The notes beneath the pieces are model-generated. The model was not told where the DNA came from. It made no database searches and saw only the letters and a program-made list of their open reading frames with translations. DNA of 64,000 nt from assembly GCA_965232815.1 (NCBI GenBank), contig OZ247427.1, forward strand, positions 2,201,602-2,265,601, written 5' to 3'. Position 1 is the stretch's first letter; each line of letters starts with the position of its first letter. Origin of the DNA: Dehalococcoidia bacterium (GTDB lineage: Bacteria > Chloroflexota > Dehalococcoidia > Lucifugimonadales > UBA3495). The translations under genes were made by a program, and so were the position numbers. Below, piece by piece: positions 55,610-64,000 of the stretch.

Positions 55610-55726
55610 TACGGGGAATGCAACCGTTCGTAGCGGATGGGTATGTTCGCTGGGAATTGGTGACATGCGCTCGAGTGGGACGCCAGAGAGCGTTCACGAT
55701 CGGCCAACGCGGATAAGGCACGGAGG

Positions 55727-55757
55727 TTCTGGATTCCGGATCAAGTCCGGAATGACG
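55727..55757 (-). repeat. family-2 hairpin, exact reverse-complement copy of 27838-27868
   Basis: ttctggattccggatcaagtccggaatgacg. Confidence 0.9.
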
Positions 55758-55994
55758 GAACAAAGGCGTTCAAACCTCATCGGCTCCGGACAGTCTCGTG
55801 GTATTGGCTGCATTACCACCGGGCTTGAGGTTTGTAGTACAGTACGGCCATATATGGTGATGCAGCCGCTCGCGGTGGACAGTGCCGCCTTTCGTGGGTT
55901 GTCCTGTCCTACACCCGGAACCGCCGTGTGGTCGGGTGGTCGGCGGCTGAGATTCCGGCTTGAAATCTTGAAAACTCGAAAAGAGGAATGAGAA

Positions 55995-56837
55995 ATGAAC
56001 ACGACAGGAAAACCGGTCGCCGTGGTGATTGGGGCGACGTCCAAATGGCAGGCAGACGGCCGGAACACGCACCTGGTTCACGGCGGTGACATCGACGACA
56101 GCGAATTGCCGGTTGGGGTGCGCTGGGGAGTGGGAGGAGCCATCGCGCAAAAGTTTGCGCAGGAGGGCTTCTACACGGTGTTGACCACCAGGAGCGCCGC
56201 CAACGCAGAGTCGCTGAATGCAGCGATACGGGAACAGGGCGGCGACAGTGCGATAGTGGAGTTGGATCTCTCGATACGGGAATCCATAACGAATGCGTTC
56301 GCCCAGATACGGGAGGAGGCGGGAGACCCCGAGGTGCTGGTGTACAACGCCGGATACATCGACGGGCGCGACCTGCCGCCAGAAATGGAATTGCTGGAGA
56401 ACGTGCCATACGAGGTGCTCGAAACGGCGCAGCACATATCGGTCAGCGGGCCGTTCCTGGTGGCGCAGGAAGTGCTGCCGGCGATGAGAGAGCGAGGCGA
56501 GGGCACGATCCTGTTTTCGAATAACGCAGCGGGGTTGCGGGGCCACAAGCGTTACACCGGGCAATCGCTGTACTACCCGCGGGTGATGATGCGGACGCTG
56601 TCGCAGGCGCTGACGGAGGAATATTCGGAGCACGGGGTGCACGTTGCCAACGTGGTGATCGACGGGACGATCGACTCGCCGGGGACGCGGGCGACGCCGC
56701 GGGCGCAGCAGAATCCTGACCTGCTGATCAATCCGGTCAAGATTGCGGAAGCGTTTTACTATCTGTACACACAGGACAAGTCGTGCTGGACGCACGAACT
56801 GCAGTTGACGCCGCATCCCGTCAAGCCGAGTTTCTAG
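55995..56837 (+). CDS. SDR family oxidoreductase (divergent)
   Basis: VAVVIGATSKW...GVGGAIAQKFAQEG, NAGYI, YTGQS...Y. There is an insertion in the glycine-rich loop. Confidence 0.65.
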   Translation: MNTTGKPVAVVIGATSKWQADGRNTHLVHGGDIDDSELPVGVRWGVGGAIAQKFAQEGFYTVLTTRSAANAESLNAAIREQGGDSAIVELDLSIRESITNAFAQIREEAGDPEVLVYNAGYIDGRDLPPEMELLENVPYEVLETAQHISVSGPFLVAQEVLPAMRERGEGTILFSNNAAGLRGHKRYTGQSLYYPRVMMRTLSQALTEEYSEHGVHVANVVIDGTIDSPGTRATPRAQQNPDLLINPVKIAEAFYYLYTQDKSCWTHELQLTPHPVKPSF

Positions 56838-56891
56838 TACCGGTCGAGAGAGGTCGGGTGAAAACCCGAGGAAATACGAAGGAGTGATCGA

Positions 56892-57956
56892 ATGGACGTG
56901 GGAATGATGATGATCTTTTCCAGCTACGGCTGGGAGAGCGGATCGGACGGCCAGATGTGGGAGGAGGAATTGCGCCTGGCTGAAATGGCGGCCGATTCCG
57001 GATTCGATTGTCTGTGGTCTGCCGAACACCATTTCAACGACTACTCCTTCGTGCCGGACAACTTGCAACTGATGACCCACATAGCGGCCAAGCATCCGCA
57101 GATCGATGTCGGCACGGCGGCCGTGATATTGCCGTGGCACAACCCGTTGCGGGTGGCTGAAAACGCAGCGGTGCTGGACCTGCTGAGTGGCGGGCGGCTG
57201 CGGCTGGGGTTTGGACGCGGCCTGGCGCGTCGTGAATTCGCGACCTTCGGGATCAGCATGGACGAGTCGCGGGAGCGGTTTGACGAAGCGGCGCCGATGA
57301 TTGTGGACGCTCTGAACACCGGCTTCATCGAGGGGGACGGGAAGTTTTATCAGCAGCTACGGACGGAGATCCGACCACGTCCACAGCATTCGTTCGACGG
57401 GCGGATCTATGCCGTCGCCGCGAGCGATGAATCAGTGCTGTCCGCTGCCAAGCTGGGCGCGCATATCATCATGTTCGCGGACCGGCCGTGGGAGATGCGG
57501 ATGCCGGGGATCGAGCGCGGACGCGCCCTGCACCGGGAGTTTCACGGGACGGAGCCGCCAGCGCTGATGCTGTCGGAATTTGTGATTTGCGGAACCGACC
57601 TGGCGCAGTGCGAGGAAGAAGCACGGCAGTACCAGGGCAAGTTTGTGGAGAGCAACTTCTATCACTACGAGTTCCTAGGGGACCACTTCAGCTCGGTGAA
57701 AGGCTACGACGCTTACCAGCAAAAGGCGGAAATCGCGCGTTCCGCAGGGCTGGAGGGCGCGGTTGAGGGATTCATGAAGGCCGCCAGTTGGGGGACGCCG
57801 GACAAGATCCTGAGAGGGCTGGAGGACCGGCGGGCCCTGCTGGGAGACTTTGAGCTGAACGTCGCGTTCCGTTTCGGTGGTACGCCGATGGACGTCGCAG
57901 AGCGGGGGTTGAAGCTCTTCGCCGACGAGGTGCTGCCGGTCCTCAAATCCTGGTAG
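56892..57956 (+). CDS. LLM-class flavin-dependent oxidoreductase (luciferase-like monooxygenase)
   Basis: FDCLWSAEHHFNDYS, RLRLGFGRG. Confidence 0.85.
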   Translation: MDVGMMMIFSSYGWESGSDGQMWEEELRLAEMAADSGFDCLWSAEHHFNDYSFVPDNLQLMTHIAAKHPQIDVGTAAVILPWHNPLRVAENAAVLDLLSGGRLRLGFGRGLARREFATFGISMDESRERFDEAAPMIVDALNTGFIEGDGKFYQQLRTEIRPRPQHSFDGRIYAVAASDESVLSAAKLGAHIIMFADRPWEMRMPGIERGRALHREFHGTEPPALMLSEFVICGTDLAQCEEEARQYQGKFVESNFYHYEFLGDHFSSVKGYDAYQQKAEIARSAGLEGAVEGFMKAASWGTPDKILRGLEDRRALLGDFELNVAFRFGGTPMDVAERGLKLFADEVLPVLKSW

Positions 57957-57974
57957 GGACCGGCGCCGCTGAAT

Positions 57975-59342
57975 TTAGTGGCGCTGGAGGTCTTCGAGGT
58001 CGTCGACGAGGCCCCGCATGGACTCGGGGTCGGGATCGCCGGCGTCGGGGCCGTAGTGGTAGCTCTGGAAACCGCGGACTATGCGTTCGACGGGTGGATC
58101 GGGCAACGCCTGACTGGCTTCCCTGCGATGTTCTTGGGGGGTTTGGGAGTTGCGGCGGGCGAATCCGACAGCGCGTGCGACGTCGAGCATCCGGTGATAT
58201 ACCTCGCGCGGATTGACGGGCGGCGGACGGCGGCGGCGCAAGTTGGAGGCCCGATTGAGCCAACCGGAAAGGGCGTCGGCGATGTCCTGACCGGCGGTTT
58301 GGAGCGTGAACGTCGACTCGCGGGTCTCGACGTCGGCGTAATTTCCGCCAGTTAGCCGACGGCGGCGGAACATGCGGAAAAGGACCCAACCGGCCAGCGA
58401 AACCGCCAGCAGGAAGGCCAACCATTTGATGATGGTCAGGATGATGCTGGGCGGGCCGTCCCCCTCGACCTCGCGCAGACTTTCGTGAAATTCCTCGATC
58501 TGGAGGCGCGCGAGTTCCAGGCCAGTGAGGTCTCCCCCGCCGAAAAAGCTGGACACCCAATTGCCGATGGCCACCAAGCCGGCGGCCAGCAGACCCAGCA
58601 TCAAGAGGATGGGTCGGAGGGTCCAAAGGCCCATGAAGGCGACACCGCGCACGATGGCCTTGGCGACCTCGTCCAATCCTCCGACTCCGAGGGCGCCCAG
58701 TATCAGGGAGATCAACAAGACCGAGGCGATGCTGACTACGATGGCGGTGAGCCAGCCACGACTGATGTGTCCGATGCCGCTGTCGATGGCGAAACGGCTG
58801 AGAGCCATGCCGCCGAGTCCGATGGCGAAGAAAATGAAAAGAACGGGCAAGCGGATGATATCGGCCGGCAGGATGGCGTCGGCGGCGACGGCCACCATGA
58901 CGATGACCACGCCGCGAACGAACGCGTTGCGCACGACATCGAGAGTAACGTCATCGCGAGCGACGGCGGTGCCACGCCACCATAACAGTAGCAACAGGGT
59001 GGCGCTGATGGTTAGGGCGGCCACGGCGTGCAAATCGCCGGAGAATACCAGGCCGATGGGGAACCATCCGGCTCCCATGCTGATGCCGGCCAGGACGAGG
59101 ACCGAGAGGGCGCTGACGATCAAGCCGATTACACCCCGGAGATTCAGGGAGAACCGGATGTTTTGCACATACCAGGACAGGAGGAATGACCACCCGATGG
59201 CTATCATGGCGATGCCCAATGGGATGCTTGCCTCAGGCAGGCGGACGGCGCTGGATAACAGGCGCCCCAAAAGGTAGATGGCGAACCCTTCGAGGAACAG
59301 GGTGACGCCCGTTACTAAAGCGGAGCGGGCGAAGTTAGTCAT
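57975..59342 (-). CDS. polytopic membrane protein with C-terminal DUF4129-like domain
   Basis: About 9 hydrophobic helices, then ...REVYHRMLDVARAVGFARRNSQTPQEH. The start is at the Met at 59342, giving an ATGA overlap with the DUF58 stop. Confidence 0.7.
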   Translation of the reverse strand: MTNFARSALVTGVTLFLEGFAIYLLGRLLSSAVRLPEASIPLGIAMIAIGWSFLLSWYVQNIRFSLNLRGVIGLIVSALSVLVLAGISMGAGWFPIGLVFSGDLHAVAALTISATLLLLLWWRGTAVARDDVTLDVVRNAFVRGVVIVMVAVAADAILPADIIRLPVLFIFFAIGLGGMALSRFAIDSGIGHISRGWLTAIVVSIASVLLISLILGALGVGGLDEVAKAIVRGVAFMGLWTLRPILLMLGLLAAGLVAIGNWVSSFFGGGDLTGLELARLQIEEFHESLREVEGDGPPSIILTIIKWLAFLLAVSLAGWVLFRMFRRRRLTGGNYADVETRESTFTLQTAGQDIADALSGWLNRASNLRRRRPPPVNPREVYHRMLDVARAVGFARRNSQTPQEHRREASQALPDPPVERIVRGFQSYHYGPDAGDPDPESMRGLVDDLEDLQRH

Positions 59343-60616
59343 CCCGGCTCTCCCACCGGAACGGTACGCACGGTTTCGTCGTCCAGCCAGTCCTCGCGCC
59401 ACATTTCTTCGAGTCCGGCGAGGGATGGTCCAGCCAGGTACAAGGGGACTTCGGGAGGAAGTTGCTGGGCAGCGGGACCCGGTTCGCCGTCTCCGGCGTA
59501 GAAGATAATCATGCGGTGGCCGCGGCGTCGGATTTCCTCAGTTTCCAGCACCACGGCGCGGGAGATCAGCGCGGTTACCAGCACCACGGTCGATCCGGAC
59601 GTGAGCGATTCGGACTCAGTGCGGAGAACCGAGGACAACTCGGTGACCCAGAAGGGGCCGGCCATAGCCAGGGATTCCAACACGGATTCCAGTTGCAGGT
59701 TCCCGGAGCCCGGCGGCACTGACATCCACTTGCTGGAATAAGATGCGATGGCGTTGCTGACCAAGCCGAAGGTGTAGTCCTCGTTCCGCGCGTATTCGGC
59801 TACGGACGCGGCGACGGTGACCGCACGTTCGAAGAGTCGACGGTTGCTGCCCTGCCAGGCGGCGTCGCCGGTGCGAGCGTTGAGGGCGATGAGCATGTAT
59901 CGAGTGGCGGCGGGTTCGAAGATGCGGGACTCCAATCTGCCGTGCCGGGCGGTGGCTTTCCAGTCGATGTGCTTGAGCGGGTCAGTGGGCAGGTATTCGC
60001 GGAGGCCGACGAAACGGCTGGGATCGTCCTGGATGAATCTGCGCCCGCGTCCAGACCCGAGGGGGCGTTCCCAGAGGTTCAGCATGCGCCGCAGATCGAC
60101 GATGCGGGGATAGACAAGGAGGTAATCGACGTCGGGCACATTTTTCTCTGCGGAGGTTAGGCCGAACATGTCGCCGCTGCGCAAGCGGGCCGGTCCGATT
60201 CGGTGATAACCGCGGGCGCGACAGCGGACCCGATATTTCCAGGTCACGCGTTGATACGGCAGCAGGGAGGTTGTGATGCGGTGGTCGAGTTCGGCTTCGG
60301 CTCCCACGCCGCGCCGGTGGGTGCCCCCGGTCTGGAGGCCCAGGGGGAAGGTGTCAGAGATGTCCAACCAGATCATCGGCAACAGTTTGTCGTTATTGAC
60401 GGTGATGTGATAGTCGAGGACATCGCCGATGAAGGCGCGGCGGCGCTCCAGGCGGCGGGAGTAGGAGAGGCGGCGGAAGGCGTAGCGGGGCCAGTGTTTG
60501 CCCGTGATCCAGATGAGCAGGACCAAGACGCCGACAACGATCAACAGCGCCTGACTGGCGAGCAGGCCCGCGATGATGGCGATGGTCGCGGCGATGACCC
60601 AAAGATCGCTGATCAT
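59339..60616 (-). CDS. DUF58 domain protein
   Basis: LREYLPTDPLKHIDWKATARHGRLESRIFEP. The start is set at the Met at 60616. Confidence 0.8.
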   Translation of the reverse strand: MISDLWVIAATIAIIAGLLASQALLIVVGVLVLLIWITGKHWPRYAFRRLSYSRRLERRRAFIGDVLDYHITVNNDKLLPMIWLDISDTFPLGLQTGGTHRRGVGAEAELDHRITTSLLPYQRVTWKYRVRCRARGYHRIGPARLRSGDMFGLTSAEKNVPDVDYLLVYPRIVDLRRMLNLWERPLGSGRGRRFIQDDPSRFVGLREYLPTDPLKHIDWKATARHGRLESRIFEPAATRYMLIALNARTGDAAWQGSNRRLFERAVTVAASVAEYARNEDYTFGLVSNAIASYSSKWMSVPPGSGNLQLESVLESLAMAGPFWVTELSSVLRTESESLTSGSTVVLVTALISRAVVLETEEIRRRGHRMIIFYAGDGEPGPAAQQLPPEVPLYLAGPSLAGLEEMWREDWLDDETVRTVPVGEPG

Positions 60617-61072
60617 GTGGGCAGGATAACCGATTTGGGGGCTGAGAGCACGAAGGCGAAAGAATTGGCAGTTCTTGCAGGGCGGTTCGATGGTCGCCAA
60701 ACCGACAAGATGCGCAGCGCAGCACGATTCTTGAAACACTGTCTAGTGGTTGTTTGACTGGCTCGCCATGAGCGGACTATGACGGCGCACGAAAACAATT
60801 GAGAAGCCCTGGGAGGTGGTGGTCGTTGTGGAGGCGGCTTGGGTCGTTGGGGGCATGGAGACGGATGGGATGTCTGGCTGATTGCAGGAATGGGTGGTTC
60901 ATCGGAGGGAGTTCGGGTGGTGTAAGCAGATTTGGGGTGCTTACGATGCGCGGAGTTGCGGCGGACCGGTCGGGGGCAAGGACGGCGGAATTTGGGAATG
61001 GCGACGTCGCCGAGCGGGCGAGAGATGGGTGTCCGACCGTGTGATATGCTGATTTGAATCCACCGGGAGGGA

Positions 61073-61627
61073 ATGACAATGGCGCGGGTCCCCTACGTTG
61101 CTCGTGAAGAGCTTGATGCTGACGGACAGACAATTTACGACCGGATCCGGGAAGACCGAGGGGCGGCCGAGGTGGGACTGCAATTCCGGGCGCTGTTGCA
61201 TAGCCCGGAGGCCGCGGGGCACCTGACGTCGATGGGGGCGACGCTGCGGTTCAAGTCGGCGATGCCGGAGGACCTCAAGGAACTGGCGATCATCCTGGTG
61301 GCGCGGGAATGGGACTCGGGCATTGAGTGGACGGGACACTCGGTGGCGGCGGCGCGGGCCGGCATATCGGATGACGCGATCGAGGGAATCCGCACGGGCA
61401 AGGCTCCGGGTTGCCTGGACGGGGTGCAGGCGGACATCGCGCGCTTCGTGCAGCAGATGACCAGGGAGAAAGACGTTTCGGACGAGAACTTCGAAGCGGT
61501 GCGCGCGGCGCTGGGGGACAGGGGCGTGGTGGACCTGACTATGACGGTCTCCTATTACACCGCGTTGGCGCTAGCGCAGATTGCGCTGCGGCCCGAGATG
61601 GGCGGAGACCGGGTTTCGACGCTGTGA
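61073..61627 (+). CDS. carboxymuconolactone decarboxylase (AhpD-like) family protein
   Basis: Overall CMD layout (ELAIILVAREWDSGIEWTGH). RBS GGAGGGA upstream. Confidence 0.8.
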   Translation: MTMARVPYVAREELDADGQTIYDRIREDRGAAEVGLQFRALLHSPEAAGHLTSMGATLRFKSAMPEDLKELAIILVAREWDSGIEWTGHSVAAARAGISDDAIEGIRTGKAPGCLDGVQADIARFVQQMTREKDVSDENFEAVRAALGDRGVVDLTMTVSYYTALALAQIALRPEMGGDRVSTL

Positions 61628-61737
61628 CGGTGTCGCGGCGTTAGGGATACATGCCGGGGGCGCCGCGGTAATTGATCTGATCGCCGCGGCCTGGACGATA
61701 TTTTCTGCCCTCGTATTGAGGGGTGTGTTGAACTGTT

Positions 61738-62922
61738 ATGAACGGTCAAGTTGAAGACAGGTTGCTGGGCAGGTTGGCAGGCCTGCTGGAATGGCAGGGA
61801 CTGGGCACGGCGGTGCTGACGCCACGGCCTCGCGGGGGACGGCTGCACGGGGAAGACGCTGAGGAAGTAGCGTCGCTGTTGGAGCAGTTGGCGGAAGTTG
61901 ATGCGGGATTACCAGCGGGGCGCAGGCCGCGCAGCCTGATATTCGGCAATGGATGTTTTGCCATCGGAAGGTACGCGGAAGCGTTGGCGGTGTACCAGGC
62001 GTTGGCGGGTGAGCGTCCGGATGATTTCGCGGTGCATTTCAACCTGGGTGTGACTCACCTGCGGAGGCGACAGCCCGGCGATGCAACGAAGGCTCTCACG
62101 CGGGCGTTGGAACTGGACGCGCTTTCGGCGCCGGCGTATTACCAGCGAGGCAATGCCAGGGACGACATGGGGGATGGCGACGGGGCGCTGGAAGACTATG
62201 CCATGGCAATTGGGCTGAACCCTGATTATCTCCAAGCACACTACAACCGGGGGATCGTGCTGAACAACCTGGCCAGATACGCTGAGGCCATCGAGGCGTT
62301 CGACCAGGTGATGGAACTCAGACCGGACATATCCAACGCCTATTTGAACCGGGGGGTTGCGCGCGACGAACTGGGGGACACCGGCGCGGCGATCTCAGAC
62401 TACGACATGGCGCTGCAGTACAACCCGGACAATGCCGACGCCCGTTTCAACAGGGCAAGGGTCAGGTATCGTTTGGGCCGGTATCGCGAGGCGGTGGCTG
62501 ACTACACGGCGGCGATTGAATTGCGCCCGGACGATGTGGAGGCGATCAACAACCGGGGTTTGGCTCACGATGCGCTCGGGCAATATGAGGAAGCGATCGC
62601 GGACTACGACTCTGCACTGCGTTTGCAGCCGGATTTTGCTGAAGTGCTGAGCAACCGAGGAGCGGCGCTGGAAAGCCTGGGGGACCTCGACGCGGCTTTG
62701 AACAACTATCTCGAGGCGCAAAAGTATGTGCCGGAGTTTGCTGCCGCGTACTACAACGCCGCCAGATTGTACGCGGACCGTGGGGATATTCCCGGCTGTG
62801 CAGAGCAGTTGGCCGAGGCGGTGCGGCTACAACCGGGGTTGTATGCGGAGGCGGAGTCGGACGAGGTGCTCGGATGGGTGCTGGATCTGTCGCGGATGCG
62901 GGACGAGCGGCGTGAGAGGTAG
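61738..62922 (+). CDS. tetratricopeptide-repeat protein
   Basis: At least 8 consecutive 34-aa TPR units (A..Y..A..L.P....A..NRG). Confidence 0.85.
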   Translation: MNGQVEDRLLGRLAGLLEWQGLGTAVLTPRPRGGRLHGEDAEEVASLLEQLAEVDAGLPAGRRPRSLIFGNGCFAIGRYAEALAVYQALAGERPDDFAVHFNLGVTHLRRRQPGDATKALTRALELDALSAPAYYQRGNARDDMGDGDGALEDYAMAIGLNPDYLQAHYNRGIVLNNLARYAEAIEAFDQVMELRPDISNAYLNRGVARDELGDTGAAISDYDMALQYNPDNADARFNRARVRYRLGRYREAVADYTAAIELRPDDVEAINNRGLAHDALGQYEEAIADYDSALRLQPDFAEVLSNRGAALESLGDLDAALNNYLEAQKYVPEFAAAYYNAARLYADRGDIPGCAEQLAEAVRLQPGLYAEAESDEVLGWVLDLSRMRDERRER

Positions 62923-63095
62923 GGCTCGAGCCATTTCCTCAGCAACGAAGGATCAGTGATCCCAGACGGGTCGTCCAAACCGGGAGAAGTCCGGACATCC
63001 GGACATTTGGAACAGTGATCGCCCTACCGGTACAGAGTCATTCGATTAGCACGTGACAAGGGGACGCCCGCTACCGGGCTGTGTCCTTGCCGACC

Positions 63096-63132
63096 GTCCG
63101 CTCGTGGTTCGACTGGCTCACGATGAGCGGAC
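63096..63132. repeat. family-3 hairpin repeat GTCCGCTCGTGGTTCGACTGGCTCACGATGAGCGGAC
   Basis: 8-bp terminal stem GTCCGCTC/GAGCGGAC. Located 36 nt downstream of the plsY stop. Confidence 0.85.
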
Positions 63133-63167
63133 TACGTTACCGTAGGGCGACCATCTAAGCGCCCTGT

Positions 63168-63920
63168 CTAGCGGGAAGGCTGGTTGGATTCACCCTCGTC
63201 ATCCTGGGGGATGACCTGTCGCAGGATGGCCTCTTCGCTGAGTTCGGCGGCTTCGCTGTGGACCTCCGGGATTTCGACGATCAGGAGGTCGGGGTCGATT
63301 TCCGCCGGGACGGTTTCCGGCCTGTGGTCGGCGTTGGTCAGGATGTTGTGGGTGACGACGACGAGAGCCAAGGCGGTCAGGCCGAGCATATATTCCCAGC
63401 CGCGGTGGGACAACAACTGATTGGCCGCAAGCATCAAGCCGAAACCGCCGAATATTCCGATGGATGACCGGAACACGGAGCGCCGGAACAGCAGGACGGA
63501 TACGATTCCAGCGATGATGCCGATGAAGACGAACCAGTTCAGGTAGGCGAGAGACACCCCGACGAGGACCACCATGCCGTCGCCGCCCTTGAATCCGGTA
63601 AAAATGCTCTTCCAATGGCCGGCGATGGCAGCGCCGCCGGCGATGAGTCCGAGGAGCTCGTGGTGGCCAAACATCCAGGCGACGTAGACGGCGGCCGCGC
63701 CTTTCAGCACGTCGCAGGCGAATACCATCATCCCGCGCCGGCGTCCGACGTGCCAGAAGACGTTGGCAGTGCCAGCTCGTCGGCTGCCCGTCTCGAAGAT
63801 GTCGATGCCCTTCAACCGGGCCACCAGGTAAGCGAAGGGGATGCTCCCCAACAGGTAACCGACCAGGGCCGCAGCCAGGATACGGGTGACCAGAGGGGCG
63901 AAGTCAACGAGGAACATCAA
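63168..63920 (-). CDS. plsY: glycerol-3-phosphate acyltransferase PlsY (with acidic C-terminal extension)
   Basis: GYLLGSIPFAYLVARLKGIDIFETGSRRAGTANVFW. Polytopic. Confidence 0.85.
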   Translation of the reverse strand: MMFLVDFAPLVTRILAAALVGYLLGSIPFAYLVARLKGIDIFETGSRRAGTANVFWHVGRRRGMMVFACDVLKGAAAVYVAWMFGHHELLGLIAGGAAIAGHWKSIFTGFKGGDGMVVLVGVSLAYLNWFVFIGIIAGIVSVLLFRRSVFRSSIGIFGGFGLMLAANQLLSHRGWEYMLGLTALALVVVTHNILTNADHRPETVPAEIDPDLLIVEIPEVHSEAAELSEEAILRQVIPQDDEGESNQPSR

Positions 63921-64000
63921 GGCAACAACCGACGGTGGTTTTTTGAAAAAGGGATAATCATGATAGCACGGGGGTCGGTTTACCGGTTATGCAAGGTTGC

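Overview
GC-rich bacterial chromosomal window. The gene content (LLM flavin oxidoreductase, Rieske oxygenase, cyclase, enolase-superfamily and SDR enzymes, DUF1800/DUF1501) and the abundant GTAGGGGCG...CGCCCCTAC hairpins suggest a Chloroflexota-like organism, but this is a low-confidence inference. Most of the window is ordinary metabolism and housekeeping: partial citrate synthase, tRNA-Ser(UGA), moaDE, rpsP-KH-rimM, fmt, htpX, tgt, aroB-aroK, pcm, plsY. Four things stand out. (1) A roughly 14 kb same-strand, tightly packed hopanoid cluster (polyprenyl synthase, hpnH, hpnG, hpnA, shc, yjbQ, hpnC, hpnD, hpnE) runs without a break into four extra enzymes: aldolase, epimerase, nucleoside hydrolase and phosphodiesterase. 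(2) An accessory, defence-like island lies at about 28.4-38.3 kb. It holds a transposase remnant, an intact 1120-aa single-chain restriction-modification-like enzyme, two decayed genes (one broken by a perfect 14-bp tandem duplication, one frameshifted and truncated), and a cassette bounded by 57-nt direct repeats. The cassette carries an unknown 193-aa ORF, a fused XRE-HTH/ImmA metallopeptidase and a TIR-like protein, followed by iteron-like repeat arrays. I consider this the best candidate for an undescribed system. (3) A candidate selenoprotein has an in-frame UGA in a D-U-G-S-C motif with hairpins just downstream. (4) A single-ORF IS66-family element has a clean 8-bp target-site duplication. 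Three dispersed hairpin-repeat families and several perfect short tandem duplications are also present. No CRISPR array or rRNA was found. Function calls rest on motifs read from the ORF-track translations and on remembered family signatures. No database search was run.
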